Below, piece by piece: positions 40,054 to 55,895 of a DNA stretch of 64,000 nt. The stretch is from Octopus sinensis. Its lineage: Eukaryota. The DNA is taken from the NCBI RefSeq assembly GCF_006345805.1, contig NW_021835986.1, positions 1 through 64,000 on the forward strand. Reading direction: 5' to 3'. The position numbers and the translations under genes are program-made. Numbering within the stretch: position 1 is the stretch's first letter; every line of letters starts with the position of its first letter. The notes under the pieces were generated by a model. That model saw only the letters and a list, made by a program, of their open reading frames with translations, was not told the DNA's origin and did not search any database.

Positions 40054-40381
40054 CGTGTGTGTGTGTGTGTGATCAAATACTTTTTATATATATATATATA
40101 TCCGATTGTTTAAAACAGTGGGCACTGTTAAGATTACATTTGTCATTCGACTTCTTGTCAACTCTAAACATGGAGGCCTATTTTCAAAACCATTCTAGCC
40201 AATGCAAAACTATCTTAGTGTGGGCGTGGGTGGGAGAAAGGACCTAGGATAGCATTAACAAAAATGCCATTTCCAGTGAAAATTTGGCAGGGTTCAGTTT
40301 GAGTGAGATTTGGCAGCTATATCTAACATGTCGCATAACCATGTTGCCACGTTATCAAACTTTCAACGGTTTCAAGATAGC

Positions 40382-40495
40382 CATATTACTAATTGAGAAA
40401 CATATTACTAATTGATGGACATATTGCTAATTGAGAGACATATTACTAATTGAGAGACATATCGCTAATTGATACACTTATTGCTAATTGGATAA
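40382..40495. repeat. 19-bp minisatellite, 6 units
   Basis: CATATT(A/G)CTAATTGAGAGA unit. Confidence 0.9.
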
Positions 40496-40959
40496 GATTG
40501 TACTATTTGGCAAAGAGTTTGTCCATTAGGTCTTTCACTAAAGTAAATGTCGTCTGTGACATGGCAGTGGACTTTGACTGCGTATGATACCTATTCTCAG
40601 AGCCACTGGGAAAAGGAGCATGCATATACAGAGCCAGTCAAGCAAAGAGCTAGAAATAATTGTCAAAAGTTCCTTAACTTGTGGTTTTGAAAAACGAGAA
40701 CGAAATATAAGAAAGTATAGTCCTTTCGAAGACCCATGATGACCTTTGAATGTTTCTATCATGGAAGTGTTTTCATTGAACGAAAAGCAGCAGCAATTCA
40801 AATTACAAGTTTCCCTTTTACGATTTTGATAGCATATGGGTAGAAAGCAAAGATCAACACAGCCGGGCGCTTGCCGTCGGAGACGAACACCAGCCATTTT
40901 GGAATCTGCAACAAACACGACAAAATATTTTGTCCAACGTTGTAATGATTCTACCATCC

Positions 40960-41090
40960 CACCAGGCGACTGGTATTTTCATTTTATCAGTCCAAGTGGA
41001 ATGAAAGGCAAAGATAATTTGGTGTGGCATTTGAACTCAGAACGTAAAGAGCCGGAATAAATATCAGTAGGTATTCTGTTCGGCCCAAGC
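40960..41090 (-). mobile_element. SINE family B, old fragment
   Basis: CTGGTATTTTC..GAATGAAAGGCAAAG..ATTTGAACTCAGAACGT. Confidence 0.6.
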
Positions 41091-41360
41091 GATTATTGGT
41101 GATTCATCACATTAATCTAAGCTCCACAATAATTAAACATTTGCAACTAGGATGCCGTCGGTCATAGGTATCCCACATTATTCACCAGTTGTTAAATAAC
41201 AGGAACAGTTACGACAACAAAGACTGAGTAAAAAAATATGCGACTGGTAGAACACTGCATGTGAAACAGTTCCCTCCATCTCCAACAAGATGTATATGAT
41301 ATCAATTAACGGTATCTTACAGACAAATTATTCACACATCATATGAATTGTACTTGCAGC

Positions 41361-41409
<49 letters not shown>

Positions 41410-41413
<4 letters not shown>

Positions 41414-41712
41414 CGCAGACATCGCCTTGTGGTAAGTAGCTTGCTTCCCATCCACATGATTCTAGGTTCAGTCCCACTGCGTGACACCTTGGGCAAGTGT
41501 CTTCTGCCATAGCCTCGGGCCGACCAAAGCCTTGTGAGTGGATTTGGTAGACGGAAACTGAAAAAAATTCCGTCGTATATATGCGTGAGTGTGTGTGTGT
41601 GTGCACGCGCGCGTGTGTGTATATGTGTATCTGTGTTTTCGCCCACCATCGCTTGACAACTGATGCTTGTGTGTCTACGTCCCCGTAAGCTAGTGGTTCG
41701 GTAAAAAGAACA
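41410..41712 (+). mobile_element. SINE family C (CORE-like), 3'-truncated
   Basis: GTGGTAAGTAGCTTGCTT..GGTTCAGTCCCACTGCGTGACACCTTGGGCAAGTGTCTTC. Confidence 0.85.
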
Positions 41713-41873
41713 TATATATATGTTGCCGTAATATTAACGCGAAACAGTGTTTAGGAATAAGCAAAGTTTAGTTAGTTAAAATACGTCTGTGACATATTTC
41801 AACTGCTAAAAGGGATATTAGTGGAGCAAATATCTGTCCAGTGGTGTCCCTTGTCATATTCCCGTGGGCCTAC

Positions 41874-42016
41874 GGGTATATGGCGTAGTGGATAAAAGCG
41901 CGGGCTGCTAACCCCAAGATTCCGAATTCGATTCCAGGCTGTGGAATAATAGTAATAATAATAATAATAATAACAATAATGATGATGATGATGATGATGA
42001 TAATAATAACAATAAC

Positions 42017-42050
<34 letters not shown>

Positions 42051-42065
42051 GTAATAATAGTAATA

Positions 42066-42120
<55 letters not shown>

Positions 42121-42268
42121 CATCGAAAAATACCTTAGGAATGAGAACCCTGGTTCGAAATTTCGCCAAGACACCTGATGAAGGCTGGAGAGTATATCAG
42201 CCGAAACGTGTTAACAGCAAACAAGATGAGAACAAATATCTGTCAAAATGTAAATAATGTAAATAATG
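41874..42268 (+). mobile_element. SINE family D: tRNA-Ser(GCT)-like head, internal (AAT)n, hammerhead-like tail
   Basis: A box TGGCGTAGTGG 41881-41891, GGGCTGCTAACCC anticodon-arm-like segment, B-box-like AATTCGATTCC; tail contains CTGATGA-A-GGCTG..CAGCC-GAAAC and ends (TGTAAATAA)2. Confidence 0.75.
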
Positions 42269-42615
42269 GAATAATTACTATGAAGCATTGTGTGGAATAT
42301 ATTGCATAAAAGATCGTGAGTAAGGCCAAAACAATGTTAAGTAAATGCAAGGTAAATCGCGAGAGAACAAATATGTGAATTAATGTAGACTTACCTCGTT
42401 TTCAATATTTCGGGGTTATGACCCCATTTTCAAGAAATAGACGTATGTTGCTGATGTGCGTGTGCGTGAGCGTGTGTGGAGTGGACATTAATTTACATAT
42501 TTGTTTTTTTTGTTTTCTTTTTGGTTTACTTTGCATTGTTTTGGCCTTACCCACGATCTTTTATACAATATATAATATGTCTGTGTATATATATATATAT
42601 ATTATATATATATAT

Positions 42616-42646
<31 letters not shown>

Positions 42647-42697
42647 TATTATATATACATATATATACATACATATACATATATATATATATATATA

Positions 42698-43020
42698 TAG
42701 TGAGGGCGCGTGGCTTAGTGGTTGGGGCATTCGGCTCATGATCGTAAGGTTGTGAGTTCGATTCCCGGCGACGCGTTGTGTCCTTGAGCAAGACACTTTA
42801 TTTCACGTTGCTCCAGTCCACTCAGCTGGCAAAAATGAGTTGTACTTGTATTTCAAAGGGTCAGCCTTGGTCACTCTCTGTGTCACGCTGATTATCCCCG
42901 AGAACTACGTTAAGGGTACACGTGTCTGTGGATGCTCAGCCATTTGCACGTTATTTCACGAGCAAGCTGTTCCGTTGATCGTATCAGCTGGGACCCTCGT
43001 CGTCGTAACCGGCGGAGTCT
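42698..43020 (+). mobile_element. SINE family E (tRNA head + CORE-like domain)
   Basis: TGGCTTAGTGG, GAGTTCGATTCC, then GTGTCCTTGAGCAAGACACTT..TCCACTCAGCTGGCAAAAATGAGT; second copy at 47366-47660. Confidence 0.85.
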
Positions 43021-43069
43021 TTTTATATATATATATATACATATACATACTACATACATACATATACTC

Positions 43070-43123
<54 letters not shown>

Positions 43124-43224
43124 TATATATACATATATAATTTTTTAATTCGTTCAGTCATTGGATGGCGGCTATGCTGGCATACCACCTTGAAATACTT
43201 TCAGGTACCTATTTTAAAGTTTGG

Positions 43225-43485
43225 CACTTAATATATCGGTCTCTTTTGCATAACCAGTACCGGCTGTCAAGCGACAATGGGCACAAACATAGGCACAAAG
43301 ACAAACACATATAAAAGACGGTCTTTTCTATGCAATTTTATTCTACCAAATTCACTCACAGCGATTTGGTCGGCCCTGTACTATAGTAGAAAATATTTGC
43401 CCAAGGTGCCACGCGTTGGGACTGAACCAAAAACTATGTGGTTGTAAGTGAGCCTCTTAACAGCATAGCCACTCCTACACCTATA
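43225..43485 (-). mobile_element. SINE family C, diverged
   Basis: Reverse complement contains GGTTCAGTCCCAACGCGTGGCACCTTGGGCAAAT. Confidence 0.75.
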
Positions 43486-45193
43486 CATACACACAAGTTT
43501 TTTCATGAAACATTTCTGGCAGTTTTAAAATAAGTTCAGATCTTGTGTTTGGTCAGTTCTTGTGACATTTTTCCTCGTTTTGAACGTCACTATTATCTTA
43601 AAGGCACGTTCACTGTAAAAAAAAATGAATCGTTATTCTGTAAAGGATTATTAAGAGAGTCAATTCCGTGATAAATCTTTTCCTTGCACTTTAAATTTTG
43701 ACATAAATTTACTTCTCCCAATATTTTTACCTCCAAATGATTGAATTTGGAAAACAGTTGCATGTTCGAATATTGTTTAAAATGTTTTGATTTTGAAGTG
43801 CTACTCAAATGAAGACTTGTTTTTATAAATCATTCTGGCTCAATTATGGGTAAAATGGACATTACCATTAGAATAACATATACCTAATGATTCCTTGTCC
43901 CACTTTCTAGCATCGCGTTTGTTATATGTTTTACACGTACAGCCCAAGGATAAAATACTTCCAAATATATAATCATGATTAGGATCATAATTAATCACCA
44001 TATATTCCATCCGTACATTTTCTACACATTTTCTCAACAAGACAGCTCTTTTAATCTTATTTTCTACATTTTTCACTCTCCTGTGCTTTATTTCTACTCT
44101 ATCTCTCTCTCTCTCTCTCCTTTCTTGTAATCTTAATTTCTTTGCCTTATTTTTTTCTTGTGCTTTGTAATTTCTATAATTCTCCTTCGTTCTCTGCAAT
44201 CTTGTTTCTTTACTTCTATCACTTGTTTTTTTTTTGTTCTATTCTCATATTCTTTCAGTTTTTGCAGCCATATTTCAGTCTTGTGATATATCTTTTCCCT
44301 TCACATTTCTCTTAACTTCACAATGTATTATGAGAAAGAAGGCATCGTAGTGGTTGCGGTCAATTTCCCCACTATATAATACAAATATTTTTCATTTTGT
44401 AACCGTTCGATCACATAATGAACAGATGAAAACAAATTTCATCGACATTTTTGTGTTGAACCTGAATTGCAACATTATGCAATTCACTAATGGCTGCCAA
44501 TTCAATATTATCACCCTATGTTCCATCCCTACTCATGTATGTTTGATATCCCTGAATTGTGCGTTTGGGGGAAAGAGAATGAAAATGTCTCCGATTATTG
44601 CTATTTGTACTATTATTGCGAAAGAGTGACACAGTTCTACACAAGCGGTATCACTGTCCATAGCATTTTAAAGTTAATTCCATTGTGTTCAATATTTTTT
44701 GATGAATCTAATAAAGTACTTTGCCTTTAGTTTAAACTTTAGATGGCTTCTTCACGAAGAAATTTGTGATTGATAATGTGAACACCAGAATCTGAAAAAT
44801 GTATAAACAATACGAATTTCCTGTTAAGGAACCTGACTTTCTCGCTTCGAGATAGATGACAGGATAAGTGCAATTTTATAAGTTGTGAAAAAGAAATTAA
44901 TATTTCTCAATGTATTTAATAAGGTACTTCACCTTCAATGTTGACTTTAAACGTCTTCTTCGTGGAGAGTACGGGGATCAAGCAAAAGCGATATGACTCC
45001 AAGCAATTAACAGACGATATCTTTTTTTTTTCTTATACAAAGGTATCGTCTGCTGATAAATGGGGAGAAAGGAATACTTCAGTTCTTTTCAAATGATATC
45101 AGTTTAAATACATGTGTGTATGTGTCTGCGTTTGTGTATGTAACTGTGAGAAAGAGAGAGAGAGAGAAAGAGAGAGAAAGAGACAGAAGAAAG

Positions 45194-45241
<48 letters not shown>

Positions 45242-45377
45242 TGGGCGAGCAGACGAGAGCAAGAGAATGATATAAAAAGACAAAGAGAAAAAGGCAGATA
45301 CGATACGGGAAGAGAAAATGATTTGCAAATAGGAAAATTGGATATATAGAAAGATAGATTGATAGGTGGATAGATAG

Positions 45378-45430
<53 letters not shown>

Positions 45431-45822
45431 AAGAAAGAGCAAGAGAGAGGGAGACAGAGTAAGAAAGAAAGAGAGAAGGAGAGAGAAAGTGACAGACAGA
45501 CAAACAGACAGCTAAATTGACGCAGAGAGAAAGAGAGAAGAAAACAAACAGAAATAGTTTGAATTAATTTTAATTATGTGTTTTGCATATGGAAATTACT
45601 AAATTCAAATGTGTGTGTATGTGTGTGTGTGTGTGTGTGTGTGTACATGGTGTTATTTAGCTCTACAGTTAACATGATAATGTAGATCTATGTTTTAAAG
45701 TATTCAAGCTATAAACACGTCTTTGTTTTCTCCTTATTCAATGTGTTCTTGGATAACGGCATGTGGTATTCAGGGAAGTTTGATTCTAATGTATATGTGT
45801 GTGTGTGTATACATATATATAT

Positions 45823-46133
45823 ATCACGTGATCACCGTGACCGACCGGGCTATCAGATATTGCTACACATCGCTGGTCACAATGCGCTTCGCATTGTTTT
45901 AGCCTTCAAACGACGCCACCCCGCTGGCTAAGCGAGCAGGCCAACAGAAAAAATAATGGGAGAAAGTTATGGCGAAAGAGTACAGCAGGGATCGCCACCA
46001 CCCTCTGCCGGAGCCTCGTGGAGCTTTAGGTGTTTTCGGTCAATAAACACTCACGACGCCCGGTTTTGGAATCGAAACCGCGATCCTACAAGCGCGAGTT
46101 CACTGCCCTAACACTGGGCCATTGCGCCGCCAC
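45823..46133 (-). mobile_element. SINE family A, tail type 1
   Basis: Colinear with 793-1091. Confidence 0.9.
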
Positions 46134-46149
46134 ACACACACACGTATAT

Positions 46150-46253
46150 ATTGTTGTATTTGGGGATGGTCATGTTGCCATTTTAGCCAATGAAAACACA
46201 TGCACTATATATATGGCTAAACGGGCAACATGACCATCCCCAAATATAACAAT
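46150..46253. repeat. Small fold-back (about 39-bp arms, about 24-nt loop)
   Basis: TTGTTGTATTTGGGGATGGTCATGTTGCCATTTTAGCCA vs TGGCTAAACGGGCAACATGACCATCCCCAAATATAACAA. Confidence 0.9.
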
Positions 46254-46354
46254 AACTATCTCCACACAGAATCTTGCAAAACGAATATATATAGGTATAT
46301 ATATATATGAATGTATATATATATCTATATATATATATATATACATATATATAC

Positions 46355-46462
<108 letters not shown>

Positions 46463-46523
46463 CACATCTATATATTCGTTTTGCAAGATTCGTGATGTAA
46501 ATTCGTGTGTGGTGATAGATATT

Positions 46524-46828
46524 GTGGAGGTGCAATGGCCCAGTGGTTAGGGCAGCGGACTCGCGGTTGTAGGATCGCGTGTTTCGATTCCCAGACCGGG
46601 CGTTGTGAGTGTTTATTGAGTGAAAACACCTAAAAGCTCCACGAGGCTCCGGCAGGGGTTGGTGGTGATCCCTGCTTTACTCCTTCGCCGCAACTTTCTC
46701 TTCTCATCTTTCTTCTGTTGGCGTGCTCGCTTAGCCAGCGGGTGGCGTCACTTGAAGGCTAAAACAATGCGAAGCGCATTGTGACCAGCGACGTGTAGCA
46801 ACATCTGATAGCCTGGTCGGTCACGGTG

Positions 46829-46830
<2 letters not shown>
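46524..46830 (+). mobile_element. SINE family A, tail type 1
   Basis: Full head-to-tail copy followed by (AT)n. Confidence 0.9.
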
Positions 46831-46900
<70 letters not shown>

Positions 46901-47316
46901 TGACACAATCTTTTCACTCACACTTTGAATTTAGTGATACTAGTGCGGATTCTAGCTCGCTCTGATACTGAGTTGAGTTGGTGCCTTCTAGTATCTCAAA
47001 ATTCAATATATAATCATTTATGATTATAGTATTCTACGCTGAAGAGAAAAGAAGTTTTGGTAAGGTAGATTATTTAATATTTAATTCTTATGCTTTCCTA
47101 AAAACTTGATTTCGAAACGTACGTCCGTAGATAACTTAAAATTGTATGATAGATTGCCGTCAATTCATTCTCTCTTACCTGTTTGTGTCTGCCTTCCAAT
47201 TGCTGTTTTTACTGAGATCTCCCTTTTTAGTAGAAGAAATAGCTAAACTCTTTGACTGCTATTTCTAAATTCGGTATGTGGTAAGGCAATTCGTTGCTAA
47301 ACCCTTTATTGCTTAG

Positions 47317-47365
<49 letters not shown>

Positions 47366-47660
47366 TATCGCGCACTCCGCCGGTTACGACGACAAGGGTT
47401 CCAGTTGATTAGATCCACAGTACAGGTTGCTCGTGAAATTAACTTGCAAGTAACTGAGCTACTCCACAGATACACGTACCCTTAACATAGTTCACTAGAA
47501 ACGTCTGCGTGCCACGGAATGTGACAAGGCTGGCCCTTTTTGAAATACAAATACTACTCACTTTTGCCAGCTGAGTGGAGCAACATGAAATCAAGTGTTT
47601 TGTTCAAGGACACAACGCGTCTACGTAAATTGAACTCACGACCTTACGATACGCGCCTTC
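47366..47660 (-). mobile_element. SINE family E
   Basis: Reverse complement is colinear with 42720-43020. Confidence 0.8.
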
Positions 47661-47662
47661 GC

Positions 47663-47703
<41 letters not shown>

Positions 47704-47781
47704 TAAATGCATACATACATACATACTTGCAAGCACACATACACATGCACGCACATACTCACAAACGCGCATATATATTTA

Positions 47782-51386
<3,605 letters not shown>

Positions 51387-52299
51387 ATGTATATATATAT
51401 ATACACACACACACATACACATAAACATATATATATACATATATATATAGTAGTGAGAGAGCGAGAGCGAGCGAGTGAGAGTGATATACATCTATATAAA
51501 TAATGTTCTACATTCATGTCTATCTACACACAAATACACACGTATTGTTTTCTATAGTTATCGTCAGCAACGATTTCGACTTGTTGGCGAATTATTGTGT
51601 TTATATATATATGTGTGAGGAACAGTGAGATGGGGAAGATAGAGAAGGGGAGTGATATAGTAAGGATAGGTCAGGCGTGCGTGCGTGTTTGCGTGTCTGC
51701 GAGTCTGCGCGTGTGTGTATGCGTGCGTACATTTGTGTTGTGTATGTGTATTTGTGTGTGTTTGTGTGTGTGTGTGTGTTTGTGTTGGTGCGTGTGTATG
51801 TGTGTGTGTGTGTGTGTGTGTTTGTCTGTGTAGTTAAGCATATGATTCTGTGCCACGGACACAAAGACACGTTTCTCTGAATAACATCTGTTTTGAAGTT
51901 ATCAATCATCTTGCACTCCGCTTATTTATATGCACCTCACACCCAACCCTACTCTCTATTCCACTTACTGCTCAAACATAGCCCACCAGTCTATGACAAT
52001 TTGTTAATTTATCAGAAGATAATTACCCCACCACCACCACCACACACACGTGTGTATGTATGTATGTAATTTAATAAACACTACTTTTTCATTAAAAGGT
52101 GAAATAATTAACAATTATTGTCGTGTTCTAAATATACAAAATACGGCTGTGGAAGCCAAGTTGTACAGAAATATATATGTTAAACCCAACATACTCTGCT
52201 GGGTCTAATTTTCACGAGTAAATAAAATAGGCTTAATGAAACCCTTTTCCAAAAAGAGTACTAGTTTTAGTTGATGACTATGTCAAATAAATCCCCGCA

Positions 52300-52705
52300 G
52301 GAATGGTAAGTAGCTTGCTTACCAACCACATGGTTCTGGGTTCAGTCCCATTGCGTGGCATCTTGGACAAGTGTCTTCTACTATAGCCTCGGGCTGACCA
52401 AAGCCTTATGAGTGGATTTGGTAGACGGAAACTGAAACAAGCCTGTCGTATATATGTATATATATATATGTGTGTGTGTTTATATATGTTTGAGTGTCTG
52501 TGTTTGTCCTCCCAACATCGCTTGACAACTGACGCTTGTGGTGTTTACGTCCCCCGTAACTTAGCGGTTCGGCAAAAGAGACCGATAGAATAAGTACTAG
52601 GCTTACAAAAAATAAGTCCTGGGGTCGATTTGCTCGACAAAAGGCGGTGCTCCAGCATTGCCGCAGTCACATGACTGAAACAAGTAAAAGAGTAAAAGAG
52701 TATAA
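52300..52705 (+). mobile_element. SINE family C, nearly full length
   Basis: Head GGTAAGTAGCTTGCTTACCAACC..GGGTTCAGTCCC, CORE-like CTTGGACAAGTGTCTTC, internal (TA)(TG), tail (GAGTAAAA)2. Confidence 0.9.
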
Positions 52706-53247
52706 TTTCCCAATCAACTAACGAACAATGAAACTTGGAAACAATTTGGAAGTTAGAACTATTATATTATTGTTCACCGATCCATTTAAAAGACGTTTGA
52801 AAAGCACTGATGTTGGAATAAGACTCAGGTACGTCGTATCATTTTTAACTGCAGAATATTATCGGTCGTTAGAAAAATATCAACCATTTTACAAATATCT
52901 GAATTATATACAGTGCAGTATGCAGGCTTATATAAATATAAAGGGTTTCTTGTTTTATATTTGTAATATATAAATATTTCTGCTGTGAAATATCTCATGA
53001 AAGAAGAAGCGTGTGAAATTAAGTTACACCAACTGCTAAATTCGAAGAATCCACGGTTTGTGATCCCTATATAAATCATACCAAATTAATTAAATTTCGT
53101 ATTGCTAAGTATCAAAGATTTTAGGTTTAAGAAAACACATGACTCTTTCTTTCGTTCTTTCTCATTCTGATCCTCTCTTTCTATAGGTGTGTGTATACAT
53201 TCATATATTTCACATATACATATATATATGTGTGTATACGTATATAT

Positions 53248-53294
<47 letters not shown>

Positions 53295-53697
53295 TATATA
53301 TATATATAAATATGTATATATATACATGTGTGTGTATGTATATGTATATTGTATATGTATATATATATATATATATGTATATATTAAATGTACACACCAA
53401 CACGCATATATATACATACACTCAAAAGGACAAAAATGTACGCCAATACATAACTGCATCATGGATGATTTGAATATTGCACGCAGCGACATATTTCTAG
53501 TCTTATATAACAAATACACAATGCGCCATTGTGCATGTTTACCTATAAAACATTCAATATATATTGTAAATAGAGGAAATATTGAATAAATATGATCATC
53601 TCTTTTCTTAGATATTTTACAGTTCACCATCTACATCCGACCTCCTTCTGTATATTACATACGAAAATTCAAGTAAATGATAAACGATATATATATA

Positions 53698-53871
53698 TAG
53701 GCGTAGGAGAGGCTGTGTGGTAAGTAGCTTGCTTACCAACCACATGGTCCCGGGTTCAGTCCCACTGCGTGGCACCTTGATCAAGTGTCTTCTACTATAG
53801 CCTCGGGCCGACCAAAGCATTATGAGTGGATTTGGTAGACGGAAACTGAAAGAAGCCCGTTGTATAGTTGT

Positions 53872-53926
<55 letters not shown>

Positions 53927-54558
53927 CAAAGAAGTAAATATATGAAAAATCTGAAACTGGCGCCGGTCCCACATTATCCTTTTCTAGGTATTTCATCTTT
54001 CAGATGTTCTCCCTAGAGGTAAGACAATTTTTTCTAGTTTGTTGCACACAAGCATTTTTGCTAGTACATACGCCGTGAAGCTATACATTAGCGCTGTATT
54101 ATTACGTTCGCTATTTCCAGTAAATATTGGTACTTCGTTGTGCCATATATTTACTTCTTTGTATATTTTTCCCTCACGGGCTATTCTTTACTGGAAAGCA
54201 ATACTCGAGTATTGCATTACTAATTTATTGAAACTTCTTCACCGTTCTCGTGCTGTTAGCGTTTCGGCGTTTCAGTCGAGTGTATTGGTATTAATGTGGT
54301 AACATCTGAAATGTTGTCGTGGTATATGTTTGGCTGATGAAGATAGATCAAAGATATGGGTGCAGACATATCTTGAAAAATCTGAAACTGGCGCCGGTCC
54401 CACATTATCCTTTTCTAGGTATTTCATCTTTCAGATGTTCTCCCTAGAGGTAAGACAATTTTTTCTAGTTTGTTGCACACACGCATTTTGGCTAATTTTT
54501 ACGTTCGCTATTTCCAGTAAATATCGGTACTTCGTTGTGCCATATATTTACTTCTTTG

Positions 54559-54647
<89 letters not shown>

Positions 54648-54857
54648 TGTGTGTGTATATTTTGTGTGTCTGTATTTTTCCCCCCTCTGACATCGCTTGA
54701 CAACCGATGGTGGGGTGTTTATGTCCCCGTAACTCAGCAGTTCGGCAAGACCGATAGAATAACTACTAGGCTTACAAAGACTTGCTCGACTATAGGCGGT
54801 GCTCCAGCATGGCAACAGTCAAATGACTGAAACAAGTAAAAGAGTAAAAGAGTAAAA

Positions 54858-54860
<3 letters not shown>
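53698..54860 (+). mobile_element. SINE family C split by an insertion in its internal (TA)n
   Basis: 5' half 53698-53880, 3' half 54645-54860. Confidence 0.85.
53925..54560. mobile_element. Unclassified 635-bp element with inverted end and internal direct repeat
   Basis: CAAAGAAGTAAATATATG (53927-53944) inverted at 54144-54161 and 54541-54558; 53944-54163 repeated at 54375-54560. Confidence 0.75.
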
Positions 54861-54900
<40 letters not shown>

Positions 54901-55221
54901 ATATAATATATATGAGAAATTAACTGCATAAAAGACAATACGAAGAGTATTCCATCCTACGAGATTTCAATATTACTAAATGTTTCAGCTGCATGTACTT
55001 GTCACGCTGCTAATAGTTTTCCCCCGAACATGCATACGTTCATCAAGCATCAATCGCCTTTTGTTTTGTAGGTGATCCTGAGTCTAAAAATATGGCTTCC
55101 CGACGCATACTTTTTCCCAGTTCCTCAGCCTTCTAAAATATAGCTGCTTAGATGGTATGGGTATGTTTTGGGTCAATACGAAGTGTATTCCATCCAATGA
55201 GAGTTCAATATTACTAAACGT

Positions 55222-55621
55222 GTAAGGCGGCGAGGTGGCAGAAACGTTAGCATGGAGGCTGAACTGCTTAGCGGTATTTCGTCTTCATGTTCTGGGTTCA
55301 AATTCTGCCGAGGTCAACTTTGCCTTTCATCCTTTCGGCGTCGATAAATTAAGTACCAGTCACGCACTGGGGTCGATATAATCGACTTAATCCGTCTGTC
55401 TGTCCTTGTTTGTCTCCTCTGTGTTTAGCCCCTTGTGGGTAGTAAAGAAATAGTTATTTCGTCTGTCTTTACATTCTGAGTTCAAATTCCGCCGAGGTCA
55501 ACTTTGCCTTTCATCCTTTCAGAGTCGATAAATTAAGTACCAGTTTCGCACTGGATCGATCTAATCGACTGGTCCCCTTTCCCCAAATTTCGGGCCTTGT
55601 GCCTAGACTAGACTAGAAAAG
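55222..55621 (+). mobile_element. SINE family B dimer with 15-bp target-site duplication
   Basis: AATATTACTAAACGT (55207-55221) / AATATTGCTAAACGT (55622-55636). Confidence 0.9.
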
Positions 55622-55630
55622 AATATTGCT

Positions 55631-55895
55631 AAACGTTTCAACTACATGTACTTATCGCGCTGATGAAAGTACGCATGTACGGGAAACTGTTAGTAGCTTA
55701 GTAGCGCGATAAGTACTTGTAGTTGAAACGTTTGATAGATCGTTAGCCACCACACATTTTTTTCTCTCCTTGTTTCTTTCCTTGTTTTTTCTGTGTCCCT
55801 TTCTATAGAAGAGCATAGGCTCGAAACGTAAAAACTTTTTCTATTCATGAGCGTTATAACTAATACATCGTTTTTGTTTTGTACACCACCTGTCC
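55631..55895 (+). repeat. Fold-back (31-bp arms) followed by F2 PLE-end-like repeat
   Basis: 55631-55661 is inverted at 55703-55733 with one mismatch; hammerhead-like hairpin at 55800-55834. Confidence 0.7.

Noticed and set aside
40382-40495. Regular repeats as a CRISPR array
   Set aside because: No unique spacers, no cas genes, eukaryotic context.
40538-40957. 139-aa minus-strand ORF or possible exon (~40590-40680)
   Set aside because: No recognisable motif, weak splice signals, no partner exons.
43560-44200. Lys/Arg-rich minus-strand ORFs as a PLE N-terminus
   Set aside because: No diagnostic motif; partly GA-repeat derived.
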